Shown one piece after another: positions 37,553-47,461 of a stretch of DNA of 64,000 nucleotides; position 1 is the first letter of the stretch, and each line of letters begins with the position of its first letter. The translations under genes were made by a program, and so were the position numbers. Below the pieces are notes generated by a model. That model saw nothing but the letters and a program-made list of their open reading frames with translations, was not told the DNA's origin and ran no database searches. Origin of the DNA: Candidatus Eiseniibacteriota bacterium (GTDB lineage: Bacteria; Eisenbacteria; RBG-16-71-46; JABDJR01); assembly GCA_963783375.1 (NCBI GenBank), contig CAWANH010000029.1, forward strand, positions 320,001-384,000. The letters are read 5' to 3'.

Positions 37553-38713
37553 ATGGGTCAATCGAATTCGGAAACACGATCCGGCGACGGGGGCTCCATC
37601 CGGGTCGGGTTCGTGATCGACTCGCTCCTCCCCGGCGCGGGGACGGAGAACCAGCTCACCCTGCTGCTGGAGCGATTCGACCGCGCGCGGGTGGCGCCCC
37701 GGCTGGCCTGCCTCTGGCATAATCCGGCGCTCGACGCCCTGGGCCTGGAACCCCCGCCAGAGATCCTGGGGTTCCGCCGGCTGGCCGCTCCCGAGGGCGT
37801 TCGCGGGATCGTCCGGCTCCGGGGCTGGATACGCCGTGAGCGCCTCGACCTTGTGGTCACCTTCTTCCGCGACGCCAACATCGCGGGAACCCTGGCCGCC
37901 GGCCTCGCCCGTCGCCCGGTGGTCTCCACCCGGAGGAATCTCGGCTGGTGGCACACGCCGCGGGAGGTGGCGGTGCTCCGGGTCCTGGACCGCATGACCG
38001 CGCGGTTCGTGGCCAACTCCGAGGCGGTGGCCGAGCGGGCGCGGGAGGTCGAACGGCTCGACCCGCGAAGGATCGAGGTGATCCCCAACGCGGTGGACAC
38101 CGCGCGGTTCCGCCCCCCGGATCCCGGAGAGCGGGAGGCGGCGCGCCGGGCCCTCGAGCTGGATGGGAACGGCCCGGTGGTGGGGTGCGTGGGGAACCTC
38201 CGCCCGGTCAAGGACCATCGGGGGCTCCTGGCCGCCTGGGAGCGGGTCCTGGAGAGCCTCCCCGAGGCCCGCCTGGTCCTGGCCGGGGACGGCCCGGAGG
38301 CGGGGGCCCTCCGGGAGCTGGCCGCCCCCTTCGGGAAGAGCGTGCGGTTTCTGGGGGCCCGGGAGGACGTCCCGGCGCTTCTCCAGGCCTTCGACCTCGG
38401 TGTCCTTCCCTCCGTGTCGGAGGGCTCTTCCAATGCCCTCCTGGAGTACCTGGCGAGCGGGCTTCCGGCGGTGGCCACGGCGGTGGGCGGGAGCCCGGAG
38501 ATCCTGGCCGGCCGGAGCTTCGGGCGCCTGGTGCCGTCCGGAAATCCCGCCGCCCTGGCCGAGGCCCTGATCCAGGCGGCGAAGGAGCAGGGCCGGACTA
38601 CCGGACCGGGGGAGGAGGCCCGGCGCTACGTTCTGGCCACCCGCTCCATTCCCGCGGTGATGGAGGCTTGGTACCGGCTCTTCGAGCGATTCCGGACGGG
38701 GAAGGGTCAATGA
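37553..38713 (+). CDS. Glycosyltransferase family 4
   Basis: FVIDSLLPGAGTENQL, STRRN, VANSEAV, IPNAVD, VGNLRPVKDH, SEGSSNALLEYLASGLP. Confidence 0.9.
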   Translation: MGQSNSETRSGDGGSIRVGFVIDSLLPGAGTENQLTLLLERFDRARVAPRLACLWHNPALDALGLEPPPEILGFRRLAAPEGVRGIVRLRGWIRRERLDLVVTFFRDANIAGTLAAGLARRPVVSTRRNLGWWHTPREVAVLRVLDRMTARFVANSEAVAERAREVERLDPRRIEVIPNAVDTARFRPPDPGEREAARRALELDGNGPVVGCVGNLRPVKDHRGLLAAWERVLESLPEARLVLAGDGPEAGALRELAAPFGKSVRFLGAREDVPALLQAFDLGVLPSVSEGSSNALLEYLASGLPAVATAVGGSPEILAGRSFGRLVPSGNPAALAEALIQAAKEQGRTTGPGEEARRYVLATRSIPAVMEAWYRLFERFRTGKGQ

Positions 38714-40065
38714 GGGAGTCTCAGGAGGGTCCCCACCCGAAGGTAGTTGGGGTTTCGGATGCCGTTCAGGCGCTGGATCACCCTCACCGAGGTCCGGAAC
38801 CGGGTGGCGATCGCTCCCAGGTTATCCCCGCTCCGCACCCGGTAGGTGCGCTGGGGCGGAACGAGCGGGCGCTTGGAGGGCGGCAGCTCGGCGAAGAGCT
38901 TCCCCGCGCTCTCCCCCAGACCGGCGGGGATCTTGAGCGCGTATCCCTTGGGCAGGTAGACCTCGCCCCGGCGTGCGGAGGAGCTCACCGCGGGGTTCAT
39001 CCGGGCCAGCTCGTCCGAGGCCACCCCGAAGGTGCGGGCGGCGGTGGGGAGCTCCACGTAGGCGGGCAGGGTGAACGTGTCGAAGTCCACCGGGGAGTCC
39101 AGGGATAGGTCCCCGGGGTTGTCCAGAAGCGATTGCGCGCCCTCCATGGCGGCCAGGAACTCGGGATAGAAGTTCCGGCCCGCGAAACCGAAGAGAGAGC
39201 CCCGGTAGTCCTGGATGATGCGGGCGATGTCGGTGGTCCCGGTCTCCCGGACCGCGTTCTTGATCCCGTCCACGCCGTGGTTGTAGGAAGTGATGGCCAG
39301 GGGCCAGGTGCCCAGCTCGGAATGGGCGCTTTTCAGATAGCGGGCGGCGGCGCGGGCCGCGGTGTAGGGGTCCAGGCGTTCATCCACCGCTTCATCGACC
39401 CGAACGTGGAACTTCCGGGCGGTGGCGGACATGAACTGCCACATGCCCAGGGCTCCCACGCTCGAGCGGGCGTCCCACCGGTAGGAGGACTCGACGTGGG
39501 GGAGGAACAGGAGTTCCTCGGGCACCCCTTCCTCCCGGAAGATGCCGCGGAAGGCGTCCACGTACCGCGCGGATCGGGACACCCCGGCGAGGAAGCCCTC
39601 CCGGATCCCCCGCTGGCTACGGACGTTCTCCGCCGCGGCCCGGTAGGTCGCCGGGTCGGTGCTCCGATCCCAGGTCCGGAAGAGACGCGCCCGCCGGCCG
39701 GTAAGGGTGTCGTAGGCGCAGCCGGGTCGGGCCAGGGACTCGAGCTCCCGGGTCAGGTCCTCCTTCCATCGGGACCGCAGGTGCTCCCGCTCGCGTTCCC
39801 GTCGCAGGGTCCCGTCCGGGGGAGGAAGGCGATGCACCTCGTATATTCGATCCAGATCGAATCCGTCATGGTAGACGATCTGGTCCGACTCCCAGTCGGT
39901 GAAGACCTCTTTCCAGAAGTGGACGGCGGGGGCGAGGGAGGGAGGATGGGGGAAGGGGGGTGGGGATCCCCCGGGCGCCGCCGACGACGAGGAAAACGCC
40001 GGAATCGGCGCTCCGCCAATGAGTACCAAGGAGGTGAGGAGGGTAACCGCTTGGAGTTTGTTCAT
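38707..40065 (-). CDS. MltD-like lytic transglycosylase with C-terminal LysM
   Basis: LPHVESSY, SSVGALGMWQFM, LAITSYNHG, NFYPEFLAA, YRVRSGDNLGAIATRF. Confidence 0.92.
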   Translation of the reverse strand: MNKLQAVTLLTSLVLIGGAPIPAFSSSSAAPGGSPPPFPHPPSLAPAVHFWKEVFTDWESDQIVYHDGFDLDRIYEVHRLPPPDGTLRREREREHLRSRWKEDLTRELESLARPGCAYDTLTGRRARLFRTWDRSTDPATYRAAAENVRSQRGIREGFLAGVSRSARYVDAFRGIFREEGVPEELLFLPHVESSYRWDARSSVGALGMWQFMSATARKFHVRVDEAVDERLDPYTAARAAARYLKSAHSELGTWPLAITSYNHGVDGIKNAVRETGTTDIARIIQDYRGSLFGFAGRNFYPEFLAAMEGAQSLLDNPGDLSLDSPVDFDTFTLPAYVELPTAARTFGVASDELARMNPAVSSSARRGEVYLPKGYALKIPAGLGESAGKLFAELPPSKRPLVPPQRTYRVRSGDNLGAIATRFRTSVRVIQRLNGIRNPNYLRVGTLLRLPH

Positions 40066-40188
40066 GATGAGTCCCAACGTCCATGTTATCGGTCACCGAA
40101 CCCCGGACTCAACCTGGAGTTTGGTCGCGGGCCCGGTTTTCTGGGGTGGTAGCCTCGTTGCGGTCTCCGTGCTAGCATCGTTGATTCC

Positions 40189-41463
40189 ATGACGTCGGCT
40201 TCGCTCGCCGGCCGCCAGGGCGCGGCCATACACGGCATCCGCTCCCGGGGGCTCATGCTCCTGGGCGTGTTGCTGCTTTTCGCCGCCCCGGGACCGGTCT
40301 CCGCCTTGCCCACCTCCGGGTCGGCCGGGCTCGATCGGATTGCCAGCGAGCATTATGACTCCGCGTTCCTGGCCCGCGGCCGCGCATTTCACCGTCCCCT
40401 CTACACGCTCTACTTCGTCGAGACCGCGCTGATCCTGGTCGTGGCCTGGGTCCTGGCCCTGGGGCCCCTGGGCCGGTGGGGGCAGTCCACCCTGGCTGCG
40501 GCGGGTGGGCACCGGTGGCTTGCCCGGCTCCTTCTCTTGAGCGCGGTGGTGGCGGGCTTCGCTCTCCTCCGCCTGCCCTTCTCGATCTACTCCTTCCTCC
40601 ACGCCCGCGCCTACGGGCTCCGCCACGATGCCTGGACCGGGTTCGCCGGGGACTGGCTGAAGTCGGTGGCCATCGGCTGGGTGCTGGCGGTGGTGGTGGG
40701 TCTTCTCCTCCTCGGGCTCTTCAGCCGTTGGCCGAGGACCTGGTGGGTGCTGGCCGCCGGCGCGGTGGCGGTGCTGACCGTGGCCTACGTCATGCTCTCC
40801 CCCCTGGTGATCGATCCGATGTTCAACCGGTTCCATCGTCTCGAGGACCGGCCCCTGGAGGAACGGCTCCTGGCCATCGCCCGGGACGGAGGCGTGCCCG
40901 CCACCGAAGTCCTGGTGGCCGACGCCAGCCGGCGCACCCGCGCGGTGAACGCGTACTTCACCGGGGTGGGAAAGACCCGGCGGATCGTGCTCTACGACAC
41001 CCTGGTGGAGAAGTTTCCGCCCGATGAGATCGCCCTGGTGGTGGCCCACGAGGTGGGGCACTGGAAGCGCCATCACGTGACCTGGGGACTGGTCATGGGG
41101 CTCGCCGCCACCTTGCTCGGTCTCCTGGTCGCGCACGGGGTCCTGGGACGATGGGCGGGCGGAGGCTTCGGGGGCCTGGCCGGTCGCGGGGATCCCGCCC
41201 TGGTGTTCCCCGCCTATGCCCTCTTTCTGACCCTGATGACCCTGGCCGTGGTTCCCTCCAACATCATCTCGCGGCGCATGGAGACCCAGGCCGACCTCAC
41301 CTCGCTACAGCTGACCGGCGACCGGGCCGGGTTCGTGAACACCGAGGTGCGGTTGGGGCGGGAAAACCTCTCCGACGTGGTTCCCCCGGCCTGGATCGAA
41401 TTCACGCTCTATACCCACCCGTGCAACGCCCGGAGGATCCGCATGGCCGAGGACTACCGATGA
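40189..41463 (+). CDS. M48 family (Ste24-like) membrane zinc metallopeptidase
   Basis: DASRRT..VNAYFTG.GKTRRIVLYDTL, VAHEVGH, SRRMETQAD, YTHP. Confidence 0.92.
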   Translation: MTSASLAGRQGAAIHGIRSRGLMLLGVLLLFAAPGPVSALPTSGSAGLDRIASEHYDSAFLARGRAFHRPLYTLYFVETALILVVAWVLALGPLGRWGQSTLAAAGGHRWLARLLLLSAVVAGFALLRLPFSIYSFLHARAYGLRHDAWTGFAGDWLKSVAIGWVLAVVVGLLLLGLFSRWPRTWWVLAAGAVAVLTVAYVMLSPLVIDPMFNRFHRLEDRPLEERLLAIARDGGVPATEVLVADASRRTRAVNAYFTGVGKTRRIVLYDTLVEKFPPDEIALVVAHEVGHWKRHHVTWGLVMGLAATLLGLLVAHGVLGRWAGGGFGGLAGRGDPALVFPAYALFLTLMTLAVVPSNIISRRMETQADLTSLQLTGDRAGFVNTEVRLGRENLSDVVPPAWIEFTLYTHPCNARRIRMAEDYR

Positions 41464-42383
41464 TTTCCGTGGAGGGGCTGACCAAGAGCTATGCGGCCAT
41501 CCGCGCCCTGAAGGGGATCTCCTTCGAGGTGGCCCCGGGGGAGGTGGTGGGGTTTCTGGGGCCCAACGGAGCGGGGAAGACCACCACCCTGCGCATCCTG
41601 AGCGGGTTCATGCCGGCCAACGAGGGCGTGGCGCGGGTGGCGGGGTTCGACGTCTTCCGGGAGTCCCGAAAGGTACGGCGACGCACCGGGTACCTGCCCG
41701 AGGATGTCCCCCTCTATCGGGACATGACGGTGACGGAGTTCCTTCGCTATCTCGGAGGGCTGAAGGACGTCCCCGCCGGACGGCTGTCCGGGGAAGTGGA
41801 CCGCGTGGTGGGCCTGACCGGCCTCGAGCCGGTGCGCGGGCTCCTCCTCTCGAAGTGTTCCAAGGGATTTCGCCAGCGGACCGGACTGGCCCAGGCGCTC
41901 CTGGGGGAGCCGGAGGTCCTGCTGCTGGACGAGCCCACCTCGGGTCTGGACCCCAACCAGGTGGTCGAGGTGCGGGACCTGATCCGTCATCTGAGCGGGG
42001 AGAAGACCGTGCTCCTCTCCAGCCACATCCTCTCCGAGGTCACCCAGATCTGTTCCCGGGTGCTCATCATCCATGACGGCCGTCTGGTGGCCTCGGGGAC
42101 CCCTTCGGACCTCGCCCGGCGCTACGGCACCGGAAGCCGCATCCTCCTGCGGGTCCGGGGCCGCTTGGATCCCGCCCGATTGGGCGAGGTGGAGGGGGTG
42201 GTCCGGGTGGTGGACGAAGGCCCGGGGGAGTTCCGCCTGGACGTGTCCGACGGCGAGGGGGCGGCGCCCCGGCTGGCCGGAGTGGTGCTGGCCGCGGGGG
42301 TGGAACTCCTGGAGCTTCGACACGAGACGGCCACCCTGGAGAGCATCTTCCGGGCCGCCACCGGGGGAAGCGTTGATGCGTAG
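41460..42383 (+). CDS. ABC transporter ATP-binding protein (GldA-like)
   Basis: GPNGAGKTT, SKGFRQR.GLAQAL, LLDEPTSGLDPNQ, SSHILSEV. Confidence 0.93.
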   Translation: MISVEGLTKSYAAIRALKGISFEVAPGEVVGFLGPNGAGKTTTLRILSGFMPANEGVARVAGFDVFRESRKVRRRTGYLPEDVPLYRDMTVTEFLRYLGGLKDVPAGRLSGEVDRVVGLTGLEPVRGLLLSKCSKGFRQRTGLAQALLGEPEVLLLDEPTSGLDPNQVVEVRDLIRHLSGEKTVLLSSHILSEVTQICSRVLIIHDGRLVASGTPSDLARRYGTGSRILLRVRGRLDPARLGEVEGVVRVVDEGPGEFRLDVSDGEGAAPRLAGVVLAAGVELLELRHETATLESIFRAATGGSVDA

Positions 42384-43131
42384 TCTGTTCCTGGTGGCTC
42401 GCCGTGAATTCCGGGCGTATTGGACCTCACCGGTGGCCTACGTGGTCCTGGCCGTGTTCCTGGTCCTGGCCGGCATCTTCTACTTCAGCCAGCTCTCCCA
42501 ATTCGTCGAGCTCTCCAGCCGGGGCGGGGGAAAGGGGGTGGATGTCAACCAGCAGCTCATCCGACCCTACCTCTACAGCGTCTCGGTGATGATTCTCTTC
42601 ATCCTCCCCCTGGTGAGCATGCGGCTGGTATCGGAGGAGAAGCGCCAGGGGACCCTGGAGATCCTCCTCACCACCCCCGCGCCGGACTGGGCGATCGTGG
42701 TGGGGAAATACCTGGCCTCGGTGACGCTGTTGGTGGTGATGGTGGCCGTCTGCATGCTCCACGTGGCCGTCCTCTACGGGTTCGGTTCCCCGGAATGGGG
42801 CCCGGTGTGGACCGGATTTCTGGGGCTCTTCCTGACCGGGGCCGCCTATCTTGCCCTGGGGCTCTTCCTGTCCGCGCTCACCCAGAATCAGGTGGTGTCG
42901 GCGGCGGCCGCCTTCTCGCTCTTTCTCGCCCTGTGGCTCCTGTACTCCCTCGGGGCCAACGGCTCGGGCACGCTCTCCCGGGTGCTCACCTATGTTTCCT
43001 TCGCGGGCCACTTCGACAACTTCGGGCGAGGGGTCCTCGATACCTCGGACCTGGTCTTCTTCCTCACCCTGACCGGGAGCGGGGTCTTCATGGCGGTGCA
43101 GGCGGTCACGGCCACGAGGTGGAAACCGTGA
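42376..43131 (+). CDS. ABC-2 permease (GldF-like)
   Basis: RREFRAYWTSPVAY, MRLVSEEKRQGTLEILLT, SALTQNQVV, HFDNFGRGVLD. Confidence 0.9.
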   Translation: MRSLFLVARREFRAYWTSPVAYVVLAVFLVLAGIFYFSQLSQFVELSSRGGGKGVDVNQQLIRPYLYSVSVMILFILPLVSMRLVSEEKRQGTLEILLTTPAPDWAIVVGKYLASVTLLVVMVAVCMLHVAVLYGFGSPEWGPVWTGFLGLFLTGAAYLALGLFLSALTQNQVVSAAAAFSLFLALWLLYSLGANGSGTLSRVLTYVSFAGHFDNFGRGVLDTSDLVFFLTLTGSGVFMAVQAVTATRWKP

Positions 43132-44600
43132 GCCGGCGCGGCGACACTTTCGGCTATGCGGGACTGGGCCTTCTGGCCGTGGCCCTCATGGTGCGGCTTC
43201 TGTTCGCCGGATCGGGTCCGGTCGCCCTGGGTCTGGCCGTGGCGGGGGTGGTCCTGTTCCTGGTCTACTTCTTCCGGGCGGGGGGCGACGTACAGCGGTT
43301 CCTCTCCCGCCGCAGCACCCATGAGGGAGGGAACGTCCTGGGGGTGAGCCTGTTCGTGGTCGGGGCGTTGGTGCTGGTGAACATCCTCGCCGCGCGCTTC
43401 CACGTCAGGGCCGACGTCACCGCCGACCGGCTGTTCACCCTGGCTCCGGAGACCCGGACCGCGCTCGAGCAGGCCCCCGCGCCCCCGGAGGCGTGGGCCT
43501 TCTATCCGAGCGACGATCCATCACTCCCCGCCCTGAAAGGCCTTCTGGATGCGGCCCGGCTGGCCGACCCCGCCTTCACGTTTCACGTGGTGGACCCCGA
43601 ACGGGACCCGGTCCAGGCCCTCGAGTTCGGTCTTCGGGAATACGGGACCGTGGTCCAGGTGGGGGAGCGCCACGAGGTGTTCACCGGGACCGACGAGGAG
43701 GATTTCCTGGCCGCCCTCACCCGGGCGTCGGAGAGCCGCCGCGTCCGCGTGGCCTTTCTGCGGGGCCACGGCGAGGCCTACTTCAAGGTCACCAAGGCCG
43801 GGCGCTCCATGAAGGAGGCGGTGGACGCGCTGGCGAACCGCGGCTACGACGTCACCGGCGTCAGCATGCTCGAAGGGGGGGCTATCCGCGATTCGGTGGA
43901 CGTGCTGATCATCCCCGGCCCGGCGGTTTCCCCCTCTCCGGTCGAGATGGACAGCCTGAGGGCCTTCGCGCGGGAGGGAGGGAGCCTCCTGGTGCTGCTC
44001 GACCCATCCTCGCCGGTCACCCTGGATTCGCTTCTGGCCCCGGCGGGGATCCGTTTCATCCCGCACTTCCTGGCCGACCCCTCGAGGCAGGATCCCCAGG
44101 TGATCATCCCCGTACGGTACTCCGATCACCCTGCCACCCGGTCCCTCCACCGCCAGCTCACGGCGGTGGCGCTCAGGGGCGCGGGGGAGGTGCGGCAGGA
44201 AAAGGGGACGCTCCCCGGGCTCCGCCAGGCCGTCCTGCTCCAATCGGGGCCTCAGACGGTACGGGCCGGGGACTCCACCTCCGCTCCTCACGGCCGGGGG
44301 CTGGCCGAGGCCGCGGAATGGCGGGGGACCGGGGGACGGGGCCGGCTGGTGGTGGTCGGGGACGCCGATTTCGCCACCCAGGACATGTTCGACGCGCTGG
44401 GGAACGGGGACCTGTTCCTGGCCTCGGTGCAGTGGCTGGCCGAGCGGGAGGATATGATCGCCCTCCGCCCGCGCTCGGTAACCGATCGCCCGATCCTGAT
44501 CACCCGCCAACAGGGAAGGGCGCTCCTGGTGGTGCTGGTGGTCATCCTTCCCCTCTTCATCCTGGGAGCGGGTGGAGCGGTCTGGTGGAGGCGGCGTTAG
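43128..44600 (+). CDS. GldG-like ABC auxiliary component
   Basis: DVTADRLFTLAPET, FLRGHGE, GGSLLVLLDP, VVGDADF, GNGDLF, C-terminal TM + WWRRR. Confidence 0.87.
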   Translation: MSRRGDTFGYAGLGLLAVALMVRLLFAGSGPVALGLAVAGVVLFLVYFFRAGGDVQRFLSRRSTHEGGNVLGVSLFVVGALVLVNILAARFHVRADVTADRLFTLAPETRTALEQAPAPPEAWAFYPSDDPSLPALKGLLDAARLADPAFTFHVVDPERDPVQALEFGLREYGTVVQVGERHEVFTGTDEEDFLAALTRASESRRVRVAFLRGHGEAYFKVTKAGRSMKEAVDALANRGYDVTGVSMLEGGAIRDSVDVLIIPGPAVSPSPVEMDSLRAFAREGGSLLVLLDPSSPVTLDSLLAPAGIRFIPHFLADPSRQDPQVIIPVRYSDHPATRSLHRQLTAVALRGAGEVRQEKGTLPGLRQAVLLQSGPQTVRAGDSTSAPHGRGLAEAAEWRGTGGRGRLVVVGDADFATQDMFDALGNGDLFLASVQWLAEREDMIALRPRSVTDRPILITRQQGRALLVVLVVILPLFILGAGGAVWWRRR

Positions 44601-44601
44601 G

Positions 44602-45975
44602 ATGGGGCGCCGTTCGCTCTGGCTCTCCGCCCTCGTCTTCGTCCTCCTGCTTGCGATGACCGTGTGGGCGCTTCGGACCCGCCGCGCCCCCGAGGCCGCC
44701 CCCTACTTCTCCCTGTCCCGACCCATCCCCGACACCCTCCTGGTGGCATTCGGACCCGACACCACGGTGGTGGTTCCCGAGGGAGAGACGGGGTGGCGGG
44801 TGGTGCGGCCGGTGGACTACCCGGCGGACGGCGTGGTGGTGGAGGCCATGCTCAAGCGCCTCCAACCGCTCCCCGTGGGCAAGCGACGGTTTCCGCTGTA
44901 TCCAACCAAGCTGGACACCTATGGCATGCGGCATCCCCGGGTGACCATCCGCGCCGCCTATCGGGGAGGGATCCCCGCGGACACCCTCCAGGTCGGCACC
45001 TTCACCCTGAACGAAGCCCACGACTATGTACGCAACGGATCCTCCGACGAGGTGGCGCTGGTGGACGCCCGGCTCACCAAGAGCTATCTCATGAAGACCA
45101 CCGTGCAGATCCGCCGACACGTGCTCCTGCCCTTCGCCGAGGACCGGGCGGTCTCAGTGCGGCTCTACGGACCCGGGGATGACCTCCGGGTCGAGCTGAT
45201 TCGACGGGCCGATCGGTCCTGGTGGGTAAAATCACCCAATCCGGGACCGGCCGGCGGCCACGAGATGGGGGAATACCTTTCCGGTCTCAACCATATGTTG
45301 GTCAGCGAGTTCATCCGGGAGGGGCCGGGTCCCCGGGCCCCGTACGGTCTGGAGCGCCCACGCGCCCGGGTCCGGGTGACCACCGATCGGGGGGACTCCT
45401 TGTCGCTGGCCCTGGGGGACCCGGTGCCCCGGGCCGGAGTAATGGGGGAGAAACTCATCTACGCGATCACCGGCAGACGTCCGGATCTCCTCGGCGTTTC
45501 CGCCAAGTACCTTCCGGTTCTCGCCCGGAGCGCCGACACCTTTCGGGATCCGGTGCCGTTCGGCTTCGGTATCGACGCCATGGATTCGGTGCGCGTGCGA
45601 TACGGTGACGAGACGGTCACGTTCGTGCCCACCGACACCACCCGCATGAGGCGGGAGGATCGCGACATCCTCGGGCACTGGATCGGGCTCCGCGCGGAGC
45701 GGTTTTCCCCGGCGCGTGCGGAAACCCTCCGCTCGGCCGGCCTGGCTCCCCCCCGGGGGACGCTGACCTTCTTCGGCCGGGGCGACACTCTTGCCGTGGA
45801 AAGCGTCGGGATCATCCGCGGTCATCGGCGCGCGATCCGGGTGGGGGAAGGGAAGCGGGCCCGTCCCGGGGACGTGTTGTGGATTCCCGAGGCCCAGATC
45901 GACCCGCTATGGGGCTATCTGATCCGCCGGACCCGGGAAGAGGCGCGCAAGAGGGCGGAAGGGAGCTCGCCTTGA
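44602..45975 (+). CDS. DUF4340-like protein
   Basis: N-terminal TM; duplicated W.V..P..YPAD / YG(M/L)..P / L.(V/L)G units; follows the GldG-like gene. Confidence 0.8.
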   Translation: MGRRSLWLSALVFVLLLAMTVWALRTRRAPEAAPYFSLSRPIPDTLLVAFGPDTTVVVPEGETGWRVVRPVDYPADGVVVEAMLKRLQPLPVGKRRFPLYPTKLDTYGMRHPRVTIRAAYRGGIPADTLQVGTFTLNEAHDYVRNGSSDEVALVDARLTKSYLMKTTVQIRRHVLLPFAEDRAVSVRLYGPGDDLRVELIRRADRSWWVKSPNPGPAGGHEMGEYLSGLNHMLVSEFIREGPGPRAPYGLERPRARVRVTTDRGDSLSLALGDPVPRAGVMGEKLIYAITGRRPDLLGVSAKYLPVLARSADTFRDPVPFGFGIDAMDSVRVRYGDETVTFVPTDTTRMRREDRDILGHWIGLRAERFSPARAETLRSAGLAPPRGTLTFFGRGDTLAVESVGIIRGHRRAIRVGEGKRARPGDVLWIPEAQIDPLWGYLIRRTREEARKRAEGSSP

Positions 45976-46000
45976 AGCGCCGGGTGGACCTTGCTACGAT
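45972..46000 (+). promoter_or_regulatory. Candidate sigma70 promoter
   Basis: TTGAAG-N17-TACGAT with extended -10 TG, upstream of 46065. Confidence 0.5.
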
Positions 46001-46064
46001 TTTCCGCCGCACGTTCTCGGCGACGACCGGCGTCGCGATCCCCAGGAAAGGAATCACAACGGCC

Positions 46065-47111
46065 ATGGATTCGAACCTCGCTTCACGCCGCCGCCTGCTC
46101 ATTCCCGTCGTGGCCTTGGGTCTCATGGCGGCGGGGTCCGCCGTCGCGGAGACGCGGGTCGGAGGCACCCTCTCCGAGAACGCCACCTGGACCAAGCAGG
46201 AGAGTCCCTACGTGGTCACCGCGGACGTCACCGTGCCGCCCGGAGTGACCCTGACCATCGAGCCGGGGGTCACGGTGCGGTTCAAGCCGGACATCACCGA
46301 CATGCACGGGGACAACAAATCCCACCTCGAGATGCAGATCCAGGGTAGCCTGATCGCCCACGGGGCGGAGGGAGACACCATCTACTTCACCACCGACGCC
46401 GCCACCCCGCGCTGGTCGGACTGGCAGGGCATCGTGGCGCACGGGAAGAAGGCATCGGTGGATCTCCGGGCGGCCAACATCGAATACAGCCTCCAGGGGA
46501 TCCGGGTCATCGATGGGGCGGCCAAGGTGAAGGACGTGACCATCCAGTTCTGCGCCCAGGATGGAGTCAATTTCTGGGGGGGAAGCGGGGAACTGGACAA
46601 CATTCTGCTCACGCGGATCGGGAACGCCGGAGGCACCGGCAAGGGCGTGGTGATGGATCGGGAGGCGAAGGTGGACGTTCGCAACAGTTTCATCGTGGGG
46701 TGTCAGAACGGCCTGAGCTACTCCGGGGGGAGCGGGGGCACCGCGGACAACACGGTCATCACCATGTGTACGGGCCGCGGCATCGTGGTGGGGAACTCCG
46801 CGCCCACGATCACCGATTGCACCATCACCGGGAACGACTACGGCATCGTGATCGGCGGGCCCACCGCGCCCGCGGTCCGGCATAACAACATATTCGACAA
46901 CGGCACCGCGGAGGTGATTCTCACCGGCTACACCGGGTCCATGGTGAAGGTGAATCTCTCCGAAAACTGGTGGGGAAAGACCGACGTGGGGGCCATCCAG
47001 GAGGGGATCCACGACAACCTGCGGGATCCCAAGGTGAAGGCGCTGGCGGTGATCGAACCCGTTCTCACCGAAGCCACCACCGCCGAGGCGGACCGGCGCG
47101 GGGGCCAGTGA
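46065..47111 (+). CDS. Secreted right-handed parallel beta-helix protein
   Basis: WTKQESPYVVTADVTVPPGVTLTIEPGV, WQGI, PbH1-like repeats (PTITDCTITGNDYGI, HNNIFDN), ENWWG. Confidence 0.85.
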   Translation: MDSNLASRRRLLIPVVALGLMAAGSAVAETRVGGTLSENATWTKQESPYVVTADVTVPPGVTLTIEPGVTVRFKPDITDMHGDNKSHLEMQIQGSLIAHGAEGDTIYFTTDAATPRWSDWQGIVAHGKKASVDLRAANIEYSLQGIRVIDGAAKVKDVTIQFCAQDGVNFWGGSGELDNILLTRIGNAGGTGKGVVMDREAKVDVRNSFIVGCQNGLSYSGGSGGTADNTVITMCTGRGIVVGNSAPTITDCTITGNDYGIVIGGPTAPAVRHNNIFDNGTAEVILTGYTGSMVKVNLSENWWGKTDVGAIQEGIHDNLRDPKVKALAVIEPVLTEATTAEADRRGGQ

Positions 47112-47461
47112 GCGATCCGGCCGCTCCCGACGTCGCGGTCGTGGTCCTCTCTACCGCCCCGGATGAAGCCGAGGCCGCCCGGTTGGCCCGAATCCTGGTG
47201 GAAGAGCGGCTGGCCGCCTGCGTGTCACGGGCCCCCGGCCTGAAGTCGGTGTACCGGTGGGAAGGGGGGATCGAGGACGCGGAGGAGGTCCTCCTGATCA
47301 TCAAGACCCACGCCCGGCGGGCTCCCGACTTGACCCGGCGCCTCCGCGAACTCCATCCTTATCGGGTACCGGAGATCCTGGTGGTTCCGGTGGCCGCCGG
47401 GCTCGCCTCCTATCTCGACTGGATCCGCCGCGAAACCGACCTCGAGGGGGAAGAAGCATGA
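47108..47461 (+). CDS. cutA: Divalent-cation tolerance protein CutA
   Basis: LVEERLAACV, SVYRWEG, E.LLIIKT, HPYRVPEI, YLDWI. Confidence 0.95.
   Translation: MSDPAAPDVAVVVLSTAPDEAEAARLARILVEERLAACVSRAPGLKSVYRWEGGIEDAEEVLLIIKTHARRAPDLTRRLRELHPYRVPEILVVPVAAGLASYLDWIRRETDLEGEEA

Noticed and set aside
44500-44600. TM + WWRRR tail (also ends of the 3-434 and 15236-16066 genes) as exosortase substrates
   Set aside because: No PEP-like motif, and such tails are normal for GldG, SLBB and polytopic membrane proteins
41460-45975. Gliding motility machinery
   Set aside because: GldA/F/G-like ABC cassettes are widespread in non-gliders; no gldJ-N or spr genes in the window
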